DNA from: Takakia lepidozioides
Taxonomy: Eukaryota > Plantae > Bryophyta
DNA: 64,000 nt
Assembly: GCA_030704615.1 (NCBI GenBank)
Contig: CM060733.1
Location: 24,118,001-24,182,000 of the forward strand
Direction: 5' to 3'
Shown here: one piece after another, positions 51,627-63,500 of the stretch
Layout: each line of letters begins with the position of its first letter
Position numbering within the stretch: the stretch's first letter is position 1
Position numbers and translations under genes: made by a program
The notes under the pieces: generated by a model
Seen by the model: only the letters and a program-made list of their open reading frames with translations
The model's database searches: none
What the model was told of the DNA's origin: nothing

Positions 51627-52555
51627 CAACTGTGGCATACTGATGCAGTTGTCCCAATCAAGATCCAAACAATTTCGGACAAAAACATGCTAAGTCTCGA
51701 ACCATAAGTTTGGTTGGGTCTGACTTGTTCCTCCCAAGAATGGAATGTAAAGACCGAGTTCCAAATCCCACTCTTGTGTACGGTCAACATCTTCTGTACC
51801 AACAAGCCAAAATGTCTTTTCACTGCCTAATCTTAGAGTACGAAAGGAGGTCGGTGGACAGGTTCAGCAAAAAGCTACTGCCTCAGCAGCATTTGCAGCT
51901 TCACACCATTTGAGTTTAACTGCTCTGCTCGTAAAGCCCTCTTGATCACAGCACCAACCCCATCGTGCTCACCTTTCCCGTGCCCTGATCCAAAAAAGTT
52001 CCACCACGTTGTGCAACCCCCTATGATGTGGGTGTACCTACTAACAAAATACCAGGACGAGCACCTTTAAACTGAGCAGCACAACCGTCCTCCATACCCA
52101 ATGCGATTAGCTGAACCCTGCTTCAGCAAGTAATCCCAATGAAACCGAAAGCAATGTTGTACGACAGCGTGTCTGCTTGTTGTCATCAAAATGTAAAAGT
52201 GCATTTCTTTCAAACCTTGGAATCGGGAAATTCACATAAGGTGTGGATTCCACCGGTAGTAGTGCACCAATATAGTGATCTGGAAACTGTGCCAGTGCAT
52301 CTCTTGCCACTTCATTTTGAACCGTAAAAGTGTAGTTTTCAGCAAGTCAACAACAACAATATTGTATTTCTGGCAAGATTTCAAACTGGCTTAAACTGAG
52401 CATCTGCCATCGGCTACAAAGTTGACGAACAAAGCCTGTAGCTCGACAAGAATTCAAGAGGAGTGGTATTTGGTATTGGAGTTTCAGTCTCATTCTAGGG
52501 CTCCATCTTTCTCCCCAACATTCTCTTTTGCATAGCATCTCCACTGCAAACATGC
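51627..52555 (-). mobile_element. Sola2-like DDD transposase core, frameshifted
   Basis: Motifs VD(F)AENYTFTVQNEV..MHWHSFQIT (~52345), DGCAAQFK (~52090) and WNFFGSGHGKGEHDGVGAVIKR (~52005-51940). The superfamily label comes from recalled motifs. Confidence 0.75.
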
Positions 52556-53945
52556 GCACCCATAGTCACCCACTGATGGTTTGTAATTCGCTTGATGTGA
52601 TCAAATATCACCCAAGCATTCGACAAGTTTCCAGTTGTCATGCGAGTGACCAAGTCGACTCCACTCCCAGGCCCACACGTCGACATTTTAAAAATGTAAC
52701 AACGATCGGATTCGCTGCCTTGCCCTGGAAACCTGCTACCTTGATGTAGTCATATCCAGTCATTCGTTTCACCTCCAGGATTGAGTGCATGTCCGACCCC
52801 GGCCGAACTCTGCTTGCAAGTACGATGTGATTCCGCACATTCGGACTACAAACGTGCGAGACGGACTCCAACAGGTCAAGCATCTCCTCTTCGTTCAAGG
52901 GCACTTGGTCTGAACCATCTTCAGACATGATTTTGCCAAGAGCAATCTTGTGGGCTGCCTTCAGCTGAATCTGCTTTGGTCTGGCTACGGGGCTCAATTT
53001 CACCTCCTCTTTTATGATGTCGTGTGCTTCCTGCACAGCCTCACGCATGTTGCTCTCGCCAAGGGTGGCAGTGGACCCAACGTGTATGCAAGCTCTAGTC
53101 AAGTCCGGGACAAATGGATAACGTGATATTGCTTGGCTCTGCACATGGACATGCACGTCGGTGGTTCTTTGCAATGTGCGCACTTGAAAGTACCCGCAGG
53201 AGCTTGGTTGGAGACAATGAATGGATGATGCGCTGTGCCAGTCCAATCCGTCTCGTTTCTCCGCCCTCCTTTGGAAAGAAAGTGGAAGCAGGTGGGATTG
53301 AGGCACCTCAGCTTCCCCGCACAGAGGACGTATCGTACACGAACACCATCAGCAATTTTCGTGCTACTGGTCTTCGTCACACACCGGGGTTTCCGTCATG
53401 CTTTCGATCCATGTCTGTTAACATCCCTGAGGCTTTGTTGAGGAGTAACAGGTGGAAACTCGAAGATGACATTGCCATCGACTTCGGGAGCAGATCGTTA
53501 CCTTCCTGACCGGAAATTTGGCATAGTCGAGAGCAGCCAGCTCGGAGCGAGAACCATCGAGGTGATGTTGCCGTAGGAGCTGCACAATGGACCGGGTTGG
53601 AGTTATGCTCGAGGGTACATGCGTAGCACCTGCAGAGACGTCCATCTCGGATTTGAACGACCGTGTGGAGGACATGGGGACCTCAATGCACTCATCTTCA
53701 TCGTCGAAAATGTCAAATACGTCGACACGAGAAGCTATGGAGGGTCTTGACGGTCCAGGTCGGGAATGATTATCGTTGCATACCTCTCTGTTGGCAGTGG
53801 CCGCCTGTCGGTTCCGGACTCCTTTGTGGATGGTGTGGGTAGCGACTGATTCGGAAAGGGAATGGGCATTCCACAGCTCGGTACAGGATGGCGTCTGATG
53901 GGGTACGTGCCATTCGATTCCGCAACCTCCGTTGTTACCTAGCAC
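52555..53945 (-). pseudogene. Truncated TE-associated gene with a Cys-rich Zn-binding domain and MULE-like core start
   Basis: Reads RYVLCAGKLRCLNPTC...CAHC..PPTC...C, then MSTCGPGSGVDLVTRM..GNLSNAWVIFDHIKRI..WVTMGAHV, and ends abruptly at the Sola2-like sequence. Confidence 0.5.
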
Positions 53946-54559
53946 GACAATGGTCTCGTCAACCTGTCCAGGAACATCCTTCCTTTCTTCTTAAACTATG
54001 CCCGGTTTGAGCTTGAATTTGGAACAAAGGTAAGTTTCAGTCACTCTGCAAAGTCCTTCCTCGTTTGGGATCCAGGCTCTCCCAAGTTGCGGAGGACAAC
54101 AAACTATAGCGTAGGAATTTGGAGCCATCGAAGACCGCACGAAGTTGGCAAGTGCGAGTTCAGTATAGCGACAGACCAAGGCTCACAGGCACCCATGCGG
54201 AGTCCATCGACGATTGGAAGTCGCACATTGAAGTGGAAAGTATTGTTTCAAGCTACATGCATGAAGGTGGGAGGTGTGATTCCATAGCCAGTAAGTTAGA
54301 CAATGATGGCCGATTCGGCGACGAAATAACATCTCCTGACAGTTTCTCCTGAGGGTGGATCCAGCAGTATTCTCGGTGCAGACAGGAACATTCGCACTGA
54401 CAAGTGCCACTACTGTTAGTTAAAACGGTCAGACAACCAAGTTGTACTCATCAAGACTGGCCGCAATTGTGTTGTTTCGGAACAATGCAACCCATTCAGG
54501 TTCAGCATGCGAAATGAGTTCCAGATTTTCCGTCCGGAGTGATTCTTTCGATTGCTGCT

Positions 54560-56170
54560 GGATGGAAATACAGCGCCGCATTTCCATTTTGCATCTTGGT
54601 CATGCACCAGAGCGACGGAAATGCGGTAATGCATTTCCATCCAGCAAGCACGGTATGTGAAGGTGGAACGGAAATGCGGTACCGCATTTCCGTTCTGATT
54701 GAGAATTATGAACAACGGGAACAGAAATGCGGCACCGCATTTCCGTCCGAGTCGCACCTTCCGACATACCAGAACAGAAATACGGCGCCGCATTTCCGTT
54801 TTATATCACGCATGGAGCTGAGGGATAGAAATGTTGCACCGCATTTCCGTCCTCACAAGACCTTCATACTCTCCAGAACGAAAATGCGCTAACGCATTTC
54901 CATCAGCAAGCACGGTATGTGAAGGTGGAACGGAAATGCAGTACCGCATTTCCGTTCTGATTGAGAATTATGAACAACGGGAATAGAAATGCGGCACCGC
55001 ATTTCCATCCGATTCGCACCTTCCGACATCCAGAACAGAAATACGGCGCCGCATTTCCATTTATATCTGACGCATGGAGCTGAGGGATAAAAATGCTGCA
55101 CCGCATTTCCGTCCTCACAAGACCTTCATACTCTCCAGAACGGAAATGCGGTAACGCATGTGAACGGAAATGCGGCCGCATTTCCGTTCTGACTAAAAAC
55201 GTGAACCATCAGAACTGAAATGCGGCAGGCGCATTTCCATCCGAGTCGCACCTCCCGACATTCCAGAGGGAAATGCACACGCATTTCGCCCAGGTGAGAC
55301 CTTCATACTCTCCAGAACGGAAATGCGCACCGCATTTCCGTTCTAACGAAAATCGTGAAACATCGGAACTGAAATGCGGTACCGCATTTCCGTTGGAGTC
55401 GCACCTTCCTACATATCCAAAACGGAAATGCGGCGCCGCTTTCCGTTTGTATGTGAGGCATGGAGCTGTGGAACGGAAATGCGGCAACCGCGCACTACCC
55501 CGCATTTCCGTTCTACTGAAAATCGTGAAACATCGGAAACGAAATGCGGCACCGGGGGGGGGGGGGGCATTTCCGTCCATCGCACATTCGCGACTTCCTA
55601 GAAACGAAATACGGCGCGCCTTTCCCCTATTGTATATGAGGCCGGAGCTGTGTAACGGAAATGTGTGCCCGCATTTCCATCCATTTGAGACCTTCAAACT
55701 TTCTCTTTCCAGACCGGCATGCGGCACCGCATTTCCGTCAGGTGAGACCTTTATAACTCTTCCCGAACGGAAATTTGGCAATACACGGCATGTTTCCGTT
55801 CATCAACTAAGGTCTGTGAAGGGGGAACGGAAATGCGGTACCGCATTTCCGTTCAGATTGAAAATCATGAACCCAGGAACTGAAATGTTGTGCCGCATTT
55901 CCGTCCGAATCGCACCTTTCGACATTCCAGAACGGAAATGCGGCGCCGCATTTCCCTTTTGTATCTCATACATGGAGCTGTGGGACGGAAATGCGGCACC
56001 GTATTTCCGTTCAACAACTAAGGTATGTGAAGGTTGGAACGGAAATGCGGTGCCAGCATTTTTTTCCAACAAGTACGGATGTGTAGATTTCGTGATGGTA
56101 CTTAACGGAAATGCGGCGCCGCATTCGCATTTTTCACTCCAACTCATCAGATGCTGGGACGGAAATGCCT
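54560..56170. repeat. Array of ~30 palindromes (consensus AACGGAAATGCGG(T/C)(A/G)CCGCATTTCCGTT) at ~52-53-bp spacing, with a 262-bp higher-order repeat
   Basis: Perfect 30-bp palindromes at 54666-54695 and 55825-55854. Successive centres at 54680, 54733, 54786, 54837, 54890 and 54942. Confidence 0.95.
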
Positions 56171-56784
56171 TGAAATGTGAACACGTGGAGCAATGGAATC
56201 GCGGCAACATGCCTGCACTCTATCTGACTGAAGTGGCATGAGGCGGCGCGGCCTGACCGTTGGATAATGATGTTTGTTTTTTCGACGGCAGGTGTACCTG
56301 AACGTTTCGAATTTCGTAATGACGCAAAGTCCACGAGGAGACACTTTCGTCCAACCCTTTCGAACCCATGGTGCAGCATCAACCGCCGTTTCATTCTTAT
56401 TTTGTCATGTCTCCTCAGTCACCCCTCTCACGCCCTTTCCATCTGCACTCTTCGCCCCTTTTCCCTGTCTCTGTTCTTCTTATGCTCGAACCTGAGAGGG
56501 AGGGAGTGCGTGCACCAGAGAAGAGACATCGTCGCAAAGCTCCGAAAATGTACTTCGGACGTAGGCCAATGCCGAAGGGGAGGAAGCAGATGCGTCTACA
56601 AGAGGAGATTGCCATCTCGCAGCATGAGGCCACACAGGCAACCCACCACCAGTGAGAGCTCCGTGCTATCGGAGATTTGCCACAGCTGATCGAGCACCGA
56701 ACCCGCCTCATTTTTCTCTGCAATTCTTAGACTGTATGCTAGGAGACTTGACTGCAGAAGATGTTTGCATGCCTAACCGGAAAG

Positions 56785-59700
56785 ATGGACGTGCTGGAGG
56801 GATCGCAGGAATCCGAAGAGCCGCAGGCAGAGTCTGTGGAACTAGCTGCAGCACGCAAACCCAGCCGATCCACGAGCACGGGTCTTCCTGCCGGTCCTAG
56901 CCCTGTGCGTTTCAAGGACGCGGCTTCCAAGGGCAAGTCTTTGCAGTTCAAAGCCCCAAAGAGCGACTTGCCTTCAAAGGTCATGGAGAATCACCAGCAG
57001 GGGTCTAGCCCTTCTCCAGCAAAGACAAAGAAGAAGCAGCCCGTCCTTCCAACTTGTTTTCTGAACCGGACCAGGCCGTTTCCCCTCCCCCCCACCCAGG
57101 CGAATGAAGCAGATTCAATTGCAGTAGACCCTTCACCTGCAAGAATGAGGAAGCACAAGGCAATCAGGGGAGGGCGGAGCAGTCTCCCGCAAAACCGATT
57201 CCACGAGCTGAAGCCCAGTTCCTGCTTGATTTCCAGCCTGGTGATGTTGGGGGCGTCTCTGCTGCAGCAAAGGCAATGGGATCGACCGTCGATCTGGTAC
57301 CGGAGGAGGGTGCTGCCTCTCGACGTTCGCAGCAAGACCTGACCACAATTGAGGAAGATCTTCATAATACTGAAGGCCCGGAGGAGGCCTCTACGATTGC
57401 AGAATTGTCCGCAAGGATTCCCTAGAGTGCAGCTCCAGTTTGGGATGCTCAAGCTGCTCAGCCCCTACCGCCACCCAGCAGAATGTCTCGGAGGAATTCC
57501 CAAAGTGCAGCGGACTACAATGTTTGGAGAGAGACACTAGTAGCATTGGCAGAGTTTTGGGAAGCAGGGTATTCCGCGCCTCTTTGAATCCCACTCTGTC
57601 GCATGGTCTCCCTTCCCATCGTCAGGCAGGCACTTCCCGGAAATGTGGATAAGCTCAAGTTCGCATTTCGAGAAGGGTACCGTCTAGGTTCGCCAGCCTT
57701 CTACGTTTCCCTTGAGAATGAGGAGGCGAATCTCGTGGACCCACTGCGGAGGAATTGTCAACATGGGATACCCACTGGCACACTCGCAACGACGAATTTG
57801 AGGCAACATTGAAGGATGATCCCGACTTCGGCCATATGTCGGGTAAAATGTTCTTTGTGTGGGACGGGAATCACCGACTTCTCGCCTAGTGGGAGTACAT
57901 CAAGCAGAACCATGCCAAGCACATTGGCTGGCATTACATGGTGGAGTGTGTCATCCTCAAGGTGAAGGCGGCAGACTCCTCCTGCTGAAGAATGCCATGG
58001 CGGACCTCAACTCGTAAGATACTCATACCCTCCCAAGCACGTTCGAAATGCGGTGCCGCATTTCGGTTTCCAATCTGTTTTGTTTCCGTGCTTTCGTGGA
58101 CTGCGACTGGAGAGTGTGCCTTGCAGGGTCACTGAAAATGCGTACGTGCATACCCACATGGCACATATGCTGTACAGGGTGAGGAAAATTGGTCTCACTG
58201 ATCCGCACATGTTTGCGGAAATGTTGGAGCCCAAGCTCATTCAGAAAGCCGTGGCAAAAACTGACCGTACATGGTATCGTCTCACTATGGATGGAATGGT
58301 GGAGGTGATATACAAAGTAAGCCGTCCTCCCATTTCCCTCTGCTCATCCTTCCCCAATTTCCAGTAATCTTTCCACATGAATCGAATGTAACGCTTCTGC
58401 ATGTTTTTGTTGGCAGTCAAACATCAAGCTGGATTTGGCCCATGCCAAACGCTTCTTCATGAAAGTGAGGGGCAGGTCAAAACGTTGCAGTCATTGACTG
58501 AGCACTTGAAGGAAGCCGGGTCAAGTCCCGAACGAAATACAAGTCAAAGCTTGTAGAGCTGGTGCCATTGCAGATCCGGCACTTGGAAAGGACTTCATCC
58601 CCGAGATTGCAAAACACTATTCTCGGCCATGTAGCCACCTAGGCAGTTGGAGAAACTGCATCACCTCTCAACGGCATGTGTTGAAGCGAAAGAGAAGGTG
58701 ATGTTTCAATTCACTGAAGTTCCTTCCTAGCAATAGCCACTCTTCTTCCTGCTCCTGACATTGGATCGGAAATGGCAGACACGGTGGCTGTCGATCTGGA
58801 ATGCATTGGAGAGTATAAGGACAATGTGGTCTTTTCCACTCGAAGTTTCCGACCCTGCAGTGGATGTGTGGCTCAACCGCATGACTTGGTGTTCCAGGTA
58901 ATTCAATGTACTTCCCCATATTTGCTTTTTCTGAAATGAATCCCTGAACTGCTATGTGACATGCATGTGGGAATCGCAGGTAATGACGAATGCGAAGGAG
59001 CAAGTCGTAATGCATACAAATTCGTTCGGCTTGTACGTCAAATGGGATGGAACATAGACATTGGAAGACTACGTGACACATTTCAGATGTGTGTACAAGG
59101 ACAACCTCTTCGCCAGGGAGCTGCAGATAGCAAGAAGGAGCGTGGAGTTTACACATCAGGAGGGAGCGGAAAAGCTGCAATGCGAATTGTTTACAGGTGA
59201 AGCCCAGCTGTCCTTGTATGCAAAGCCTGGTTATGAGGTTTGTCTGGGAAATTGGCACCGCATTCGCATTTTATGTTTTCGGTTGCACTCTGCGAGTACG
59301 TTGGTCTCAACTTTTGCTCACGCATGCTGACTGCACTGCAAGTATATGAAATACGTGCTTCTTCTTCAGACAGGGGCCCTGGCTCAAGAGCCCCTGTTCT
59401 TCATGGCTTGGGACCGTGGCGGGCCCAAGCTGTGTCTAATACACACCCGAGATGCAGAAACAATGGCATGTCGCGCATCTGGTTTGGATGCCCGTGGTAC
59501 CTGGACATGTCTGGCGGAATTGTTGACGAGTCTGAGAAAGATCTGCAGCGCGAAAGCAGAAGAGAAGAGAAGGAAAGACGTGTCCCTGCTCGGCCAAAGT
59601 CGGCAAATGAAGCTGCTGCTCTGGACAAACCAGAAAGGCAGCTGAGATGGCACAGAAGACGGTGGATGCAGTTGTGTAGGCTCAACAGAAGGGGTCGAAG

Positions 59701-60500
59701 AAGCGGACTTGCCAACAAGGAGCAGCAGTTGTGACACCCAAGAAAACGAAGAAGCAAAAACAGATAGTGCACGTAGAGGGTGAGGAAGAGGACTCCGATG
59801 GAGACTTTGCAACCAGCCCACCCCCGAGACGCAGCCGAAATCCCCTGTGCCCGCCGTTGTCACGAGAGGGACGAGAACTGGCTCGGCAAAGAAGGCACTC
59901 TTCAACCCCCCGGGGGGCACCCTTTCGAGCCGGTGGAAATGAAGAGGCCGAAAGTGGATCCCAATACAGTAGTCCAGTGTGTGAATGAGAGTTTCTTGGT
60001 GGCTTTGGATGGACGGGCAGCCAGTTGCATCACATGAAGACCATGGAGGGTGAAGGGCAGAGCACTGAAGAAGGCGGCTGCCGAAGAGCCTTCCGACACC
60101 CCTGGGTTTCTGAAGATGGTCTCGTTCTTTGAGAGGGTATGTGCAGACAAGGATTGCAGGAGGGGCGGAAATGCCACCGAGTGGTCTTGCGATATGATCA
60201 TCTTGGATATTCCGACGGAGAGCCTGTGGAAGGACTGCAAGCTTTGCCATCTTGGAACAGGTACTCCGAGGACTTTTGGAAGAAAGGATTCGGGCTCGCC
60301 CGCATGGTGTTGGACGACAGAGGCTGTGTGGTTGTCCTGGCGAGCAGAGGCAAAAACACGCAGACAGGAATTGCGAAGTGGAACCGCAAGAGCGCCGTCC
60401 CAATTCTGAAGAAGAAGTGGACGTGCATCAACACATTGGGCCTTCGGTCGGAAGGGAAGAAGGTAATTACGACATTGGCACTCGTCCTTTCATTTTCTTA
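56785..60500 (+). pseudogene. Spliced TE-borne gene: disordered N-terminus, ParB/Srx-like DGNHR domain, and C-terminal amino-DNA-methyltransferase-like region; disrupted and 3'-truncated
   Basis: Reads IPLCRMVSLPIVRQAL..VDKLKFAFREGY..FYVS..KMFFVWDGNHRLLA* (57860-57889), with an intron at 58014-58126. Further on: CDMIILDIP/DGEPVEG..PSWN..F.LARMVLDDRGCVVVL (60188-60345). Confidence 0.6.
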
Positions 60501-60509
60501 GGAGTTTAG

Positions 60510-63500
60510 AAATCGAATGCGGCAAGAATGTAGAGGAGATAATAGATAATGTCAACCTAGGGGAGGATTTGTTCGAAGACCAAGGGATGTCTGAACTCCT
60601 TCAGGAAGAGACCCATCGTAGCATGGCTGCCTCTATCATACAGGAAGCTTACCAGAAAGCTTGGAATGGTGAACTAGGGAACAACAACGTGGAAATAGAG
60701 GATGATTTCCATGATTGGAATCAGGTTGTGACTCAGGAAGAAAGGCAGAGGGTAGCTAACTCTGTACACAAGGTGGAGGGAAAGAGTTGGGAACCCAGCC
60801 ATGAAGAAGAAATGGAGAGTCGTTGGAGAAGTCTGAAATCCAGACTTCACATCAATCCAGAGCTAGCCCCAGAACATAGGATAGAACTGGAGCAAGAGCT
60901 GAGAGAAAATCAGGAATCTTTTGCTCTTAGCAAAGCTGACTTGGGTTATTGCAGTGAGGTGGAACATACAATTGATACACAAGGTTTTCCCCCTTGCAGA
61001 AGTCGTCCCAGCCGCCTATCAAAGTGGGAGGAAAACGAGGTACAAAGACAGATTGAGACTTTGATCTCACAAGGTAAGATGCAGGAAAGTAGTTCAGAGT
61101 GGTCATGTCCAGTCACTCTTCCACCAAAAAAGGATGGATCCAAGCGTTTTTGTGGTGATTTCAGGCCGGTGAACCGCTTGACTAGGAGGGACTCTTACCC
61201 TATGCCATTAATTCAGGATGTTTTGAACCAGTTGGGGAAAGCCAAGTGGTTCTCTGCTCTGGATTTACAATCTGGTTTTTGGCAGATTAAGATGGACGAC
61301 CGAGATATAAGCAAAACAGCAGTAATCACAAAGAAGGGATTGTATGAATGGCTGGTCATGCCATTTGGGCTAAAGAATGCCACTGCTACTTTCCAAAGAA
61401 CAATGAATAGGGTGCTTAAGGAAGAAATTAAAGATTGCGCCAAGGTCTTTGTAGATGACGTCAATATCCATAGCAAGGACTGGGCAGATCACGTGGGGCA
61501 CATAAAGAAGTACTGATGAAGGTTAGAAGGGCCAATCTTAGGCTCAATCCGGACAAGTGTTATTTTGCCAATTTGCAGTTGGTATTCCTTGGGCATGTGA
61601 TCTCTGAAGAAGGAACCTGGCCTGATCCAGATAAGATAGCTGCAATTGAAAGGTTTCCCTTGCCCAAAAACCACACTGCTCTCAAAAGTTATTTGGGGAT
61701 GACAGGGTATTATAGGCCCTATGTCAAGGGGTATGCTGGAGTGGCAGTACCTTTGTTCACTCTAACCAAGAAGGATGTGAAGTTTATCTGGAGTGCAGAG
61801 GCACAAAACGCCTTTTCTGCCCTACAGGTGAAGCTGGTGACTGCTCCCATTCTGGCCAGGCCAGATTTTTCAAGGCCTTTCGTCCTGGATGTTGACTGGT
61901 CCATCAAAGGAGTGGGGGCAGTCTTGTCACAAAAGGAGTATAAAAAGGAGAGGGTCATTGCATACGCTAGTAAGGTACTATCTGATGCTCAGCGAAAATA
62001 TCACCCTATGGAGGGTGAATGCTATGCCTTGGTGTGGGGAGTATTACACTTTAGGCAGTACCTGTATGGAACCTTTTTGTAATCAGGACTGATCACAAAC
62101 CACTGGAGTGGTTGGCAACGGTAAGTGACGCATATGGACGCAGGGGTAGATGGATCATGATGTTACAAGATTTTGAGTTTAAAATTGTTCATAGGGCGGG
62201 TGCTAGGCATGCTAACGTAGATGCGCTAAGCAGGTATCCAATGGGACCAGCTGAGGAAACCGAGGAAATCAAGGTATACTCTACTTCTCTATACAGTCAG
62301 AAAAGGGAAGGGAGAAAGAGGGATGGAGCCTATCTTCTTAGACTAGAGTGGGATAGGGGTGCCATCAATGCTTCTCTATTTCAATTTAAAGAGGGTAAGA
62401 AGGAGTTGAGAGAAGAAGCTCATAGGCAAGTAGGGTATAGCAGTGAAAAGGGGGAAATGATTTGCAAGAGAGGAGTACTATGCATGTGTATGGGGTCTTT
62501 GGTATTTCAAGAAGACACTGTTGGGATGTCATTTTTCTTTAGAAACAGATCTGGATCCATATTGGTGGCTATACTCAGAACACCACATAGGCATAGACTT
62601 GCTTGGTGACTTTTCATTTGAGTTTGTTCTTGGAATAGATAGATCTTCCACAGGTGGGATGTTGACCAAGGCTCATGGTATATTGAAAGGAGAACTAAAA
62701 CCAGGTGTAATGCCAGATAGGGAAGGAAAGAAGGTGACTTTTGCTGCACGGACTTTTGCCACCAAGACCCAAGGAAAGGGCATTGATCAATCAACCCCTG
62801 TCAATCTGGTAAGGGAAGGTATTTGGAAAGATGTGGGTGCAGGAAAGAAGGAGGTTCCTGCAATCAGCAACAAAGAAGGGGCAGATCTGATGTCCTCTTG
62901 TCCCACCATCCATGTGATTACCCGAGGATCTCTTCTCGTGATCAGGAGCTAAGCAAGGTACAGCCAGCCTGTGAACTTGTGGAAGAACGATCAAACAATG
63001 AAAAGGGAAGCTCACTAGAAACACCATTCCTTCAACACTCTATATACACAGAGACAACAGGAAGAATTTGGGTGACCTCCTCGGCAGAATGCCCAGCTGA
63101 AGACACACATGGGGGTGAGTGTTCCACCAAGACATTTTATTCTTCAGTCAGTGATGGATCACGTTGTTCAAGGCAAGAAACTTCTTCTTGCAACAAGGAT
63201 GTTAAAGGGGACTGGGTGCCATGGACCACACCCACCAAAGCTACTCAGATGTCACTATTACGTGCAGCTGAAAGATGGGGGGAAGACTCTCTCATCAGCT
63301 CTGACAATCATACATCAGCTGTTAAGGAGGAAAGGCAACCTGATGTACTTGATGATGTGGAAGTTATGCATCTCTTATGTTTTGGAGAAGTCAATGACTA
63401 TTTGACAAAGGAAGAAAGCAAGAGAGCCAGCAGGCGGGCAAGGCAGTACTCCTATCTCAAAGGGGAAGTCTACTTTGAGGGAAGGGTAGTTCCACCAAGA

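Noticed and set aside
55554-55567. G14 run inside a palindrome
   Set aside because: It is an isolated homopolymer replacing a normal palindrome arm, probably a sequencing artefact or slippage.
54560-56170. CRISPR array (palindromic repeat plus ~25-bp spacers)
   Set aside because: Spacers recur in a 262-bp higher-order unit and are related to each other in both orientations, the repeats are degenerate, there are no cas genes, and the context is eukaryotic.
55273-56241. 322-aa ORF and other ORFs with repeated RKCG/GNA motifs
   Set aside because: These are translations of the palindrome array; similar peptides appear in several frames on both strands.
59384-60403. 339-aa minus-strand ORF
   Set aside because: Antisense shadow of the plus-strand ParB/MTase-like gene, with no recognisable motifs.
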